Part shown: positions 12,024 through 23,559 of the stretch, one piece after another
How the letters are laid out: each line of letters opens with the position of its first letter
Numbering within the stretch: position 1 is the first letter of the stretch
Assembly (NCBI GenBank): GCA_051530055.1
Contig: CM121341.1
Coordinates: 1,178,001-1,242,000, forward strand
Source: Neoechinorhynchus agilis
Lineage: Eukaryota; Animalia; Acanthocephala
Direction: 5' to 3'
DNA length: 64,000 bases
Translations under genes and position numbers: made by a program
The notes under the pieces: model-generated
What the model saw: the letters and a program-made list of their open reading frames with translations, nothing else
The model's database searches: none
What the model was told of the DNA's origin: nothing

Positions 12024-13179
12024 TGCGATCATCAGCGTGAATTTATACCCTTTTTCTCATTTTGTGCCGTTTGAGAGTTTTAAAAAGTAAACAAATAATA
12101 CATTTTAATAATCATTTTCCAATGCTTTATTATAGCAGCTCAAAAAAACGTGAAGTTTCGCTTTTACCATCTTATCGCGTTTTCATAAACCGCATCAGAG
12201 CAAACTTCAATCTCCCGATTTTTAGTATTAGTTTCCTTCATAAAACGTGAAATTGGAACGTTCTTGGGTCTAAAAACGGGATCAACCGTCTTTAAATTTT
12301 TTTCTACTTATTACGCTCCTTCGTATTTTCCGCTCTTTCCCCTTTTCTTCTTTTCCTTCGCCTCGTCCGACGTTTGTGTGCTCAGTTGCGTCTTCTTTTT
12401 TTCTCATTCTACTTTCTGTCTCCTACTTATTGTACGAACTTAATTCTAGATCGTTTTATTATTTGTGCGAAAATCACATCTATATTTTTATTGTAGTCAA
12501 TTTGCGTCTATCAAGAAGATACTTTCTTGAACAAGCTGCTTGACCTCTATGAGTTTACCGGCATTGTTATCCGACCGATCAGGTATAGAACTTTTCTCCA
12601 AATACCACGCAAAACTTAAACTAATTCACATCGTTGACTATGAGATTTTCTTGGAGCCGGTGAAGTGGCGAAAAGTGTACCAAAAAATAAGAAATACAAA
12701 TTCCTCGATCCTTCACTCTACATTTTCCAACCTCTCTCCATTGGAACAATTGGTGATGTTGGGCCATTGCACAGTTGATTTTCTACCCGCTCACTGAATA
12801 CCTTTATAAGATTTCCAAGAAACAATCAAAATTCAAATCGTCCCACCACCACAATTTTTACCACTTTTCGTCCCCTTTTCACATGAACATAACACTCGCA
12901 ATCCCGATTCGTTCCATCCTTTCTCTACCTCCGCTAATTTTTCCCTACTACACAATCCTCTAGAATATCATTGTCCGAAATGAACCTGAGGAAAGACCAA
13001 ACTTCACAAACACTCAGGCAAACAATAACCGTCAACATTCCCCCCGAATGGACCTCCCAACCCATCCCGATATTTTTAACCTACCGAACCCGTAATCCAT
13101 TAAAAAATCAACAGCCACATTCATTTATCCTTTTAGAACTCGAGTGTTCATGAGGACACTATTATAACCAAGGTTGGAA

Positions 13180-14060
13180 AATGTTAGTCGCGACAACAAA
13201 AAAGGACTTCAGGGCAGCGAACATTTTTGCCTCATCGAAATTAGAAGTGAAGATGGCAATCTCCTCCTTTGCTAACGGATCAGCTCACGGGCTTGAGGGC
13301 TCCGGCCTCAACACCTAAAGGATATGACTTCCTTTTCAGTAGGTGACGCTGATCAGTCCCTTGAAGATGCATTGGCACGACTAGTAGACCACTTCGCAGG
13401 GGGAGAGTTCATCTTTGTGTACCCTCACGAAAAAGGAAGGCGGGATTCGTCCCTTTGCAATTGGAACAACTCTGCGCTGCTTAACAGCAAAAAGTTTAAA
13501 TAAAGTCATCGCGGAAAAAGTAGGGATGCTGCTTCGCCCTACTCATGTGTTGGGGAGGCGATTGTTCATTCACTCCGTACGTTCATCACCGAAAACTCAA
13601 AGCTATGCGTGATCTTGAAATGTTATTTCAAAAATGCATTCAACACAGTTCACCGAGCAGATTTGCTTGAAGTAATTAGAGATCACGCACCAGAACCATT
13701 TCGCAATTTCGTTAATGCCCACGGGACTTCAACTCCTTTGCTGTTCAATAACCACGTTTTGTTGTCAGAAAGAGGAGTTCAACAAGACGATCCTTTTGGC
13801 CCAATAGCTTTCTCACTCGCAGTCAATCCCGTCACGCAATCTCTTCAGTCCAGCTATAACGGCTGGTACCTGGACGATGCCATGCTCGGAGGTAACCCCT
13901 CTGTTGTACTGCGCGATTTAAAGACACTCATTAAATAAACGACGAAAATTGACATTGAATTGAATGCTGCGAAATGCGAGATTTTAGTGATGAACGTGGA
14001 AGATGAGGCGTCCAGGAAAACTATCGTGAAAGATTTTCAGAACCTGGCCCAGGGATAGAA
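13180..14060 (+). mobile_element. CRE-clade (REL-type) non-LTR retrotransposon RT fragment
   Basis: KKEGGIRPFAIG, FKNAFN, ERGVQQDDPFGP, WYLDDA; homologous to the 26-27.5 kb element. Confidence 0.8.
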
Positions 14061-14619
14061 TTAAGGAGGTAAACTTACGTCCACCTCAAGTTTTCGACCC
14101 ATCTCTTTCTTACCTTCATTCTCTAAAATCTTAGAGAGATGCTTTAAAGCACACCTGCCAATCTTCAATCGAAAAATTTTACCCATTCAATTCGGTTTCC
14201 GGCTTGGCTTTTCTTGTACGAAAGCTTTTCTTTGCATTTACGATTCGCTACTTCATAACCTCGACGCACAACCTTTATTCATCTCTCGACTCATCCAGAT
14301 CGACATTCATAAAGCTTTTGATTTCGTCGATCGCAGTCTTCTCCTTGACACATGCTCTAAATTTGGTCTTGCCGCTTGACAAATCAGATGGTTGAAATCT
14401 TTTCTAAACAATAGATTACAATTTATCGAAATAGGGAGCATCACCTCTAAGACCTTGGCAATCAACAATGGAGGGATGTTCCCTACCCCATTCTTTTCAA
14501 CATTTTCCTGATAAATACTTCTTCTATGCTGATGATCCTACAATCATTACGCATGAAACCGGCTCCCCTCTCACTCTCAATTACTAACGAGATTTCTCAC
14601 GTTAAAGCATTTTGCTCCT

Positions 14620-14845
14620 CTAAATGTCTTACGTTATTGTTTAGGTCGCATAACGACACCCGAGGGGGATCTTTAAAACGTATACGATAACGCCGTAAAC
14701 ACTTACAAACAATTGAATTGACAATGACTAGGATTCAATCGGTCGAAATGTATTCGTCTTTAACGATCTCCCTCGGGTGTCGACAAGGGCCTAAACAATA
14801 ACATATCATACCACCCGAATGCAATCCTCAACCTAAATGTCTTAC
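14620..14845 (+). mobile_element. 200-bp hairpin-plus-tail insertion with perfect 13-bp TSD
   Basis: ctaaatgtcttac at 14620-14632 and 14833-14845; gttattgtttagg / cctaaacaataac perfect IR plus a further ~18-bp IR; 30-nt tail. Confidence 0.8.
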
Positions 14846-15559
14846 CCTTAACTTAACCAAGTGCTTTGAAATCGTCCCCTCAATCTCAAATAGCCCTCCC
14901 GAATAGCCGCTTCTGCCTTTCCCTATCAATCGTGTCTCCTCTGTTCGTATACTTGGTCTCCATTTTCAGAAAAATTTAAAGTCGGACAAGCACACATCAA
15001 TTTCGTTGCACAAAGGGCCCATTAAGCTCTATCTTCTTAAACGCCTCCGGTTCCTCGGATTATCATTATAACATCGTCATCCAACCAACGCTCGCCTGCG
15101 TGCATATCCAACATTCTGCAATTTTTCTTCTAAACTATTCCAAAAAACTTAATACATTCCACAAGAGAACTGCGCTCTAACCTGCTCCTCCGAACTCCCG
15201 CCCTTAGAAAAACACCTTTTGCTAATCTTTCAAAAGCACTCAAAGCACCTTCATTCCTTTCGGCCTTAATTTCTACCCCACATTTCTCCTTTTACTCACA
15301 CTTAGAACACTCGCGTCGCCCCAACATTTTCCGTCCTTCATTTCCCCACACAAATCTCTACCTTCGCTCTTTCTTCCCACTACTCAATCCTCCAAATACG
15401 AATTGATTCGCAGGAAACAACGGAAAACAACAGCCTAACTATTTAACCGACCAAAATCAAATAAACCTCCCACACACAATAGCCACCAATTCCCATCCCA
15501 GCGGGCATTCAACCTCTCCCTCCCAACCGAACCCGTAATCCTGTTCAAAAGAGACAACC

Positions 15560-15900
15560 TCATTCATCTGAGAAATCCACAGTATTCTCGTGGCGAAGGA
15601 GGCAAATGCCTTCTCTGGGACGCCACGCTCGCAGCCAGCAACATAAAATTCGCCGCCATTAAACCAGGAGGAGCAGCAACCGCCGCTGAGGAACGCAAAA
15701 GGACAAAATGCAGGGACCTTAGTCGAAATCATTATTTCATTCCCTTTGATGTCGAGACGCTCGGGCCTTTTTGGTACCGCGGCGCAGGATCTGGCAAATC
15801 AATTGTCTAAGAGATTGAGACGAATCACTGGCGATCAGAGGGCAGGAGCATTCCTCCTACAAAACATAAATCTAACTAAGCAACGAGAGGGAACGCTGCA
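15560..15900 (+). mobile_element. CRE-clade REL endonuclease fragment
   Basis: GKCLLWDATL, AAEERKRTK, YFIPFDVETLG, AGAFLLQNI-like segments. Confidence 0.7.
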
Positions 15901-16204
15901 TCCGTCCATTCGACCGTTACACCAGAGCGGCAGCTGAGTGATCCAAAGCGGTGGTATGAATTATTTCTGCTCCGAGATTCGGAAGGTTATGTTAATAATC
16001 AGCGATTCAGAAAAGTACTGATGGATTCTCGAGGCAATGGAGGATAATGACGTTCCTCCATTCCCATCGTTATTTGTTAACATAAATTGTGATCTGCATT
16101 AGATCAATAGATAATTTTTATCACGGAAATTTCAAGTTGAAAACTGCGAATTTTCGAAAATCCTTTTGCAAACATCGAAATAAACGCTTTGTTGTCGAGC
16201 AATT

Positions 16205-16663
16205 TCATAATTCAAAATTCATGAACACATCGGCGAGAAGGTCAATCTTTTTTGTGTGCCCCAAAGCAGCAGTTACTGCACTGGTCACCGTCAAGCTCCT
16301 TTCCCTTAATCTCCTGAGCTTGTTGACATCCAATTGGACATATCCATTATCTATACCGATATTTTTCTTTCCCTTTGTTTCACTCGAAGTATTTGTCATT
16401 TCTTGTCCAGAGTTATTCCTGTAATTAACCGATTTTCGAACTTCGACTGAAGTACCGCAGATAAAATGCGGGTTAGACTTTACTGCTTCAACAACAGAAT
16501 CTTTATTCTTGAATGAAACAAAAGCAAATGAAGATCCATTTTCTCTTTTCTTTATTACGGCGTATTCAATTTCGCCGTAGACCGAAAAAATTTTCAATAA
16601 CAAAGCCTCATTGCAAGTGGGCGGTACGCTCGCAGCGAAGATTTGCTTTTCGTGATTGAACAT
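16205..16663 (-). CDS. Single-RRM RNA-binding protein (hnRNP A/D-Musashi-like RRM)
   Basis: RNP2-like QIFAASV, RNP1-like SFAFVSF, PHFICGTSVEVRKS; start placed at MFNHEK after ttttaag. Confidence 0.7.
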   Translation of the reverse strand: MFNHEKQIFAASVPPTCNEALLLKIFSVYGEIEYAVIKKRENGSSFAFVSFKNKDSVVEAVKSNPHFICGTSVEVRKSVNYRNNSGQEMTNTSSETKGKKNIGIDNGYVQLDVNKLRRLRERSLTVTSAVTAALGHTKKIDLLADVFMNFEL

Positions 16664-18949
16664 CTTAAAAGGGCAGAAATTCAAATTAATTTTGATGGTA
16701 ATACATAGAGAATGGGGAGACTTAAATCGAGAATTCGAATGTTCGGATAAAACTTAAGATGTTTCAGACGAGTCGACTCTCAGACGGCTGAGAATTTCGT
16801 CATGGCGTGGAGTTTATTTCGCCGTGTTGTTTTTGCGCCGTCAAACCTCTCTCCATGGAAAGAGACGTTTAGTTTTTACTAAATCTTGTGCAAATTTATC
16901 AATAATTTATTGAAAGCCTTCGCAATCAAAAATCTAAGCCTGTTGAACACCTTAAAATTGCAATATATCTGAGCCTTTCACTGCTTCAACATCCTCACTC
17001 TTCTTTTCTAAAGGAATAAAAACGGTTGCGATCTATGTGAATTTTAAAGATTACGTCGACCTTCAAATAAGTAAATCTTTGGTACTTTTCCGAAATCTGG
17101 AGCTGGCAATAATTATATTTCAACGAATATAATGAGTAAAATATAAATTTTCATTTTATTTCTTAATCTTCTTTGGGAATTTTGCTTTGGCTTCTAGTGA
17201 TTTTTTACGAATTTTTGATATAAAAACACAAAAATTTCGTCATCCACGCTTTAAAAATCACAATAATGTTAAAAGAACGGAATTGAAAAACTCAATCTTA
17301 AAACCTAGCACACCTTCGCTCGCATAAAAAATCTTCACGGATGAAAAGCCAAGAATATATTTAAAGCGCACATTTATTCGTTTTGTATATTAAAAAATTT
17401 ACTCAACCAAATGCAGCCAAATTTAAGAACAATTCTGATCTTCCTTTATTAATCTGGAAGCCAAAATACACAACAAATGCATGTTAATTTATAACTAAGA
17501 ATCGCAATCGGAAAAATTCCAATCAATATCACCTCCACATTATGTCCACTCAAATTTTATGAGCAATGTCGAATCCGTCAATTCGCAGAACTTCACGATT
17601 GCAGTGACGCTGATTGAGTTCAAAAACGAGGTTCGGTTTAGGATGAGGATACCGCACTTAAATATTCTGGAGTTATCAGAACATTGTGATCTCATAAAAA
17701 ATTGTGCTTTCTAATTTTAGAAAAGCTGTTTATGGATATATTTTGTTTCGAATATTTCGTCGATCTAACCCGAAACCTAAAGAAGTCCGACGAGATCGAC
17801 GAAATATTATGAAAGGGAATTAATGAATAACTCTAAGGGAACTAAATCTCGACCGAAATCAATTGGAAGCGTGGTTTTTTACAAGTCTACCTGTTAATTT
17901 TAAAAAGAGATTAAAATTTCCCTTAATTGCTTAATTGACTTGTTAAATCAACGATTTTAAGAAGGTGGCGACCATCGAAATGATAATGATCGAAGGAACT
18001 ATTGGAGAACTGTGCACTTTTGGACTTATTGATGGAACAAACGTAATCACGAGCAATGTATCCGTTTCAGCACATTCCGTATAAAGCCTTCGAAGTTCTG
18101 ATTTTTCCATGCAGAGAAAACTGAACCGGTTTAAACTTTCGTCGTCTTAATTACAGCTCGCATTTTAAACCTAAAAAGTAAATAATATTCGAACTTCCAT
18201 TATTCACAGGGATGGAACCAAAAGATTTGAGAATATTGTATCCAACAACACCGAAACATATTATGACAGTGGACAATTAGCCACATTTATGAGATTTGAG
18301 AAATGCGATTTGGAGCAAACGAAAAGGTATGCCAATCACAACGTTCCCTTGAGCATGCAGCCAACCACTTTGGTTAAAGGAAGCACACAAAATCATACAA
18401 GAACCCAGAATTAAAAAGGTTATGAGTTTCCTCCCGAGGATGTAGAATTATCATTGAATTTCCACCCTTCCACAGCATTTCGTTCCCTTTTGGTTGTGCA
18501 ACCTCGGCTGCGGACTTGGAGGGATGTACAAACTCATAATCGTTTGGTTCCGGTATTCTGTGATTTTATGCGCCTCCCTGGACCACATCGATGGGGCTGT
18601 TTGTCCAAGCAATAAAATTATCAGCCGTTAAATTGGCATCACCGGCTTGCAAGACTTCTAAAAATATTAAATTATGTAATTTAAAGAACATAGTTTTCAT
18701 CGAACATCAACTTCAAACGATCTGTTCATCAAATTTAATTTAAGCAAGGTTACGTGCACACATCAAAATTAATTTAACAGCACGTATTGTCCTTCTTCTA
18801 ATACATTTTATCAGAATTTCTGTAAGAGTTGATCAAGTCAGAAGAGTAAAATCGAATGCTGGATTGATTTTAAATCCCTCAGTCTTTCCCTGCCACCTTT
18901 AGAAATATTTTAAAAGAAAACCTGCACAATTAAACTAAAGATCAAGCGC

Positions 18950-19650
18950 GGGATATTTTTCCTTCTTAGTCAAAATTAAACCTGATCTGCCTATTATCCC
19001 GGACCTAAACTGCATTTATAAATGAATCGATTTGTTTACATTCCATCTCTGGTTTCCATCACTGATATATAGTCCGTATTATTGGGATCTTTAGCTGACA
19101 TTATCCTAATAAATGGCCATGTGCACCCGTCCACGATTGTTTTGAGCGATCTTTGTTAAATTGGTGAGACAACCAGAAGGTGGCTTTAGATCAATGATCA
19201 AAGTGGCTTCCTTGAGAGCATCTAATAAACCATTAATATATCCGAAAATGTTGTTAAATAAACTCGCTCTAGAACAAGCCCCACAAAATAAAAAATATCC
19301 TTCGTACAGATGAGCGGATGGATAATGTGCGAAGAAATAATTTGATTAAAAATATGTATCATTAACAATAAAAAAATTGTGTAGATGAAAGTAGTGATCC
19401 CTGCGGAATTCCATTTTCGGAATCAGCTTCTCTGTGAGAAGGTAATTTAAAATGGTTGTTTGATGATACCCATATATAAAAATACAATATATAAAGCACC
19501 GGCAGCTCTGTTCAGATCCAGTTTAAGTAAAATTTTATTAATGCCAGTCACGTCATGAAAATAATAAGAAAACGCTACACAGTGCAGGGGTTACGAGCAG
19601 ACATATTTTAGCCTAAACCTTACTAATGGTGTACTGTAAAAACGAGCTGA
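18950..19650 (-). mobile_element. Highly degenerate LINE RT remnant
   Basis: LLKLDLNRA and ENGIPQGSLLSSTQF motifs on the minus strand; no intact ORF. Confidence 0.5.
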
Positions 19651-19690
19651 CAATACCAAACAAATAAAAAGAACTACTACACAAACTTTT

Positions 19691-19745
19691 TTAGATGACT
19701 GATGAGACGAGGTTTCCTCTTTCGAAATATTTCCTAATAATAAAG
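19691..19745 (+). ncRNA. Hammerhead-like motif copy (intact CTGATGA core); mirrored at ~63810-63865
   Basis: ttagatga-CTGATGAG-ac-GAGG-ttt-CCTC-ttt-CGAAATATTTC. Confidence 0.45.
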
Positions 19746-19799
19746 GAATCTTTAACCGGGATTATGTTCGCCAGCAATTGTGAATTCTCTAAGACCATT

Positions 19800-20560
19800 T
19801 CTTAGTGAAACAAAGAAATGGACTGCGATGAATTCTAAATCGGGGTTTTTGTAGAGAGCCTGTGAGAGATAAAGAGTAAGGTAGCCATTGCTGCACGAAA
19901 ATTGAGACTTCCCTTCTGGACAGTCCTGGCGGTTCATACGGAAGGAGGAGTACCCGGGAAGGATGATTCATTTGCTGTTGAAAGGCGGAGGGGGGTGTTA
20001 TTGTTAATATGACCACATCGGCTTTTGAAGTGGATGAAATTTCATCTAGTTTAGGGAGGAGGCTTCGGGTGTTGGAGTAGATTATGGCGGGAACTGAATT
20101 TTGGGTTTCTGTGTATTTGAGGTGGAAAATGAGGGAGATTGAGGTTCCTTTTGTCGTCGTGGATGATAAATTAAGGGAGGAACCGATACAAGTTTTCGAT
20201 CTTAAAGGATTTATTGTCCCAAAGAAAGAAGTGCAGGAGAGATTGGCAATATTATGAACGAGTTTTGATTTGAGAATTGATGTGGATCAGCCAGGATTGG
20301 ATATGCCAATTTGTAGTATATCCGTGTGGACATTGAGTGATAATTTTTTACTTGTTTCGAAAGGGAAACCGTTTTTAAAGTCGAAGGGCTCGGTGGTTGT
20401 CCTTTATAGTTTTTCGAGCGTCGATGGAGTTTATAAAATGGGTTCCCACAGTTTCGAAAAGGTGAATCGGTAAGATTTTGTTGCTCTACCCGAGCCACTG
20501 ATAGATACCGCGATGTCAAGTGTCGCAGAGCACAAAATGGCGGTTGGCTGTTGGTCATTA
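19800..20560 (-). mobile_element. LINE 5' fragment (ORF1 end / APE endonuclease start); mirrored at 62997-63760
   Basis: YSNTRSLLPKLDEI..ADVVILT resembles the APE N-terminus; C/A-skewed strand. Confidence 0.55.
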
Positions 20561-21848
20561 GGACAGGTCAAAGATTTAACTGGTTGGAACCAATATTCGT
20601 GGGAGATGTCATAAAAATCCTCATTCAGTAACTTACAACGGAGGATTGAACATGAGGCACGTCACTCTTCGTGATAAATCAGTAAACTTTATTTTAATAT
20701 CACTAAGCATCGTAATCAATAATGCCTAGAAAATGAACACGCATCGCCGACATCGTCCTTAGGGAGAAAATCGTACTTTGATTTTTTCAAATATAACACT
20801 TTTATAGTTCAATTCCTGAACATATATTTGTTTCTTTTGATGAGTGTTAATGAGTGGCCTGATTAAACAGGGATCTGCTCATTTCGTTTAGTTTTCTCCG
20901 TTGAAAATTTTTATTTTTGAGAATTCGTGAATTTTAATGAGGGTGCTAAAATCCATGACGAATATTTTTAGATATTTTACAATCGTAAATATATTAATTT
21001 CTTTTTAAGGAATGATATTTGCCAATCAGACGACGATTTACGCTACTTTTAAAAACACGTTCACGAAAATGAAGAAGTGAATGTACCATACCGTGTCGTC
21101 CTGAAATCGACATTGCAATGTCGGTCGATGTTTAGGATTTCCAACGATCAATTTTTATTATAAAAAAATGGTCAACGTTTTCTTTGAATTTCCGAATATT
21201 CGTTTCCGTATTCATTACAATTACCATTCAAGTATTTTAGAAACTTTAAGCATTTTAAAATGTAGAGTGGCGAAATCCGGACTGCAATTTCACAGCTAAC
21301 ATCTTTTAAAGTATGAATGCTTATTTCAAGTTTTTCGGATTACTTCTATACTTTTCACTGGAACAATAACTTTGTTATTAGGATTAGAAATATATGGTGC
21401 AGTTCTCATGAAAGGTACACGATATAAACTCCTTAAATATAAAATAATATAAAAGTCTAACAAGTTTGAATGGATCTTATTCCAAAGATATCGTTATGTA
21501 AGAAACAAGCGATTTACTATTGAGCAGACCATTCCATGGACAAGATAATAGCCGTGAACCGTTGTTGTCCAAGGTTATACATTGGCCGCAGTGTTTCAAG
21601 TGGAATGATGCGCACTATTTTCCAGGTTAAATGGTTGGGCAAAGCTTAAATGCGGTTATAAAAATCTGCCGAGAAAAATTCGAACTACTGACAGTTTCCA
21701 AGATAATGATTTGAGTTTAAATTTTAAACCATAATGCACAGATTAGAGAGCTTTGTAGAATTTAGATACTTTTTTTCAAGAAAAAGTTATTTAATAACAA
21801 AAAGTATATTAAATAGTAAAGCTCTCTCATTTGTTCCCTAACAAATTC

Positions 21849-22042
21849 TTTCTTTTGGTAGTTTTGCTATTCCGGATTTAAATTCACTAATTTATTTGCA
21901 TCATTTCACGTCCGATAATTCCGACATTTCCTCAAGACTTGCAATTGTTAGTTATTAAAAGATGCTCAAGATGACAAACCTTGATGTCGGAAATAAATTA
22001 GTGAATTTAAATCCGGGTTGGTAAAACTACCAAAAGAAAGTC
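21849..22042. mobile_element. MITE-like element, ~195 bp with ~50-bp TIRs; mirrored at ~61513-61706
   Basis: Perfect 26-bp IR ccggatttaaattcactaatttattt plus outer ~20-bp IR ctttcttttggtagtttt. Confidence 0.75.
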
Positions 22043-22343
22043 TATTTTCCCCCGAAGGCAAGAATCCAGGATATTAAAAAATTCGCTTAAATTTAATATG
22101 TAACATCATTTATTCACCTCTCAAAGAGTAGGATATTGAAAAACATTCCACAAAATCGTTTCAAAATTGGATTATGGTATTACTCTGATTTCATTAAAAA
22201 AATTTGGCACGGAGATGTGGATAGTGACAAAAATATGAACCCGTTAGCCGCTCCAATTTTTCATTGTCTTCTTTAAAATTCATTCGATTTTGCCTATGAT
22301 CCGCACAATGGCAATATTTAAAAGCGATTTTATCAAAAGATAC

Positions 22344-23019
22344 TTAAATTGAAACAAAAGCAATAACAAGTGCAACTAAAAGTGAAACTGTCATCTGAAC
22401 GGCATGGCCCACTTCCACAGCAGGGCACACAACACCCGGTGCCGCAACTCTGAAGGTATTTCCACCAATAACCCTTCGTTGTTTTGAGATAAATCCACTG
22501 AAATCCCAATTCAATCTTTCATTCACCGTGAACGGCTCAAGTTTTTTCTTTTGTTCTACCATGAGTTGGACATAATGATGAACACCAATCGGTGGTGCCG
22601 GTGCAAAATAATCCTTGATAACTGTGATAGGCGTTACTGAGTTCAGATTTATTCCAAGATAATGTAACCAAACAGTTGAGTTAGGAGCATTTGGCTCATA
22701 TACGTCCGGATCATACATAACGATGGAGTAATACCTTTGCTCGTCTTCTAATAGAGGGCCTTGATAAGTGAATTGATTTGTTGTTTCACTCATTGACATA
22801 CATGGATTCCAAGCGACGAGGCGATTGCTGTAGAAGGTCTGCGAGGAAAGTTGTAATTAATAAGTGAACCAGAAGATTAACAATTACCGGTAAGAAAGGA
22901 AAATTGAATTTTCTAACTCCATCCAAGTACCGTAGAGCCACTTTTGTATTTTGCGAAACTGGCGCCGAGCGGACAAGAGCTACCAATGCTATTGCAATGA
23001 ATGAATATAAAAGATGCAT
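22344..23019 (-). CDS. Secreted, probably GPI-anchored PEBP/RKIP/OV-16-family protein, copy 1; exons 23019-22918 and 22838-22344 (198 aa)
   Basis: Signal peptide MHLLYSFIAIALVALVRSA; YSIVMYDPD, WLHYLGIN, APAPPIGVHHY; hydrophobic C-tail; 79-nt phase-0 GT-AG intron. Confidence 0.85.
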
Positions 23020-23559
23020 TTTTGTTCAGAATCAGATACAGCCTAGCACAGTGAACACTTCTATATATTCATCACTATCATCATCACCATTGTGAATCAA
23101 CTATGTGGTTAAAGTTGTGATTCAGTCTTTTAGAAAAGATACAGGTTGCAAGCGAGTACAAAAGTTGCGAATTTTATAGCATCTAGGAGCAAACAGTAGC
23201 TTAAATGAACAGGGAAGGAAAGGCAGTTGTAACGATTACTTTAGCTCGTTGAATAAACAGCCTAAATGCACGTGATAGTGTTTGACTTGACGATGAAGAT
23301 GTAAGGCCATCGTTTTGAACTATAGCTTAAATATGTTTCTCGATTATCGAATAATTATTTGGACTAGAAAAAGTCCTTTTTGTTGGGAAACCTCATTTAG
23401 GAGCTGAGTATTTCTACATTACTCAAGATTTGAGAGGAATGCACAGAATGTCCGTTCAATGATTTATAACACATCGCGGATCGGTAGCTTTAAGCTAAAG
23501 TTATGTTTTCCTTCCATGTTGTTGGATGCAGCCCGGAATTGTGATCACTACATCTCCAA

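Larger units (their letters stand above)
12780..15450 (+). mobile_element. Degenerate APE-type LINE (CR1/L2/Jockey-like), interrupted by a CRE fragment and a 200-bp element
   Basis: Strong C/A skew; RT remnants VDRSLLLD..WLKSFLNNRLQFIEIG, ILFNIF, FYADD at ~14320-14540; its 3' part recurs inverted at 54360-54600. Confidence 0.6.

Noticed and set aside
12540-12797. RGS-domain-like start (LLSDRSGIELFSKY)
   Set aside because: Only one helix resembles RGS; the following conserved NxxFW motif is absent.
17756-17809. Perfect 16-bp inverted repeat with 22-nt loop
   Set aside because: Isolated, with no TSD or clear family; function cannot be inferred, and a bacterial-type terminator is irrelevant here.
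18415-18615. Open frame YEFPPEDVEL..RWGCLSKQ (also 58708-58935)
   Set aside because: No start or splice context and no recognisable motif; probably decayed TE or chance.
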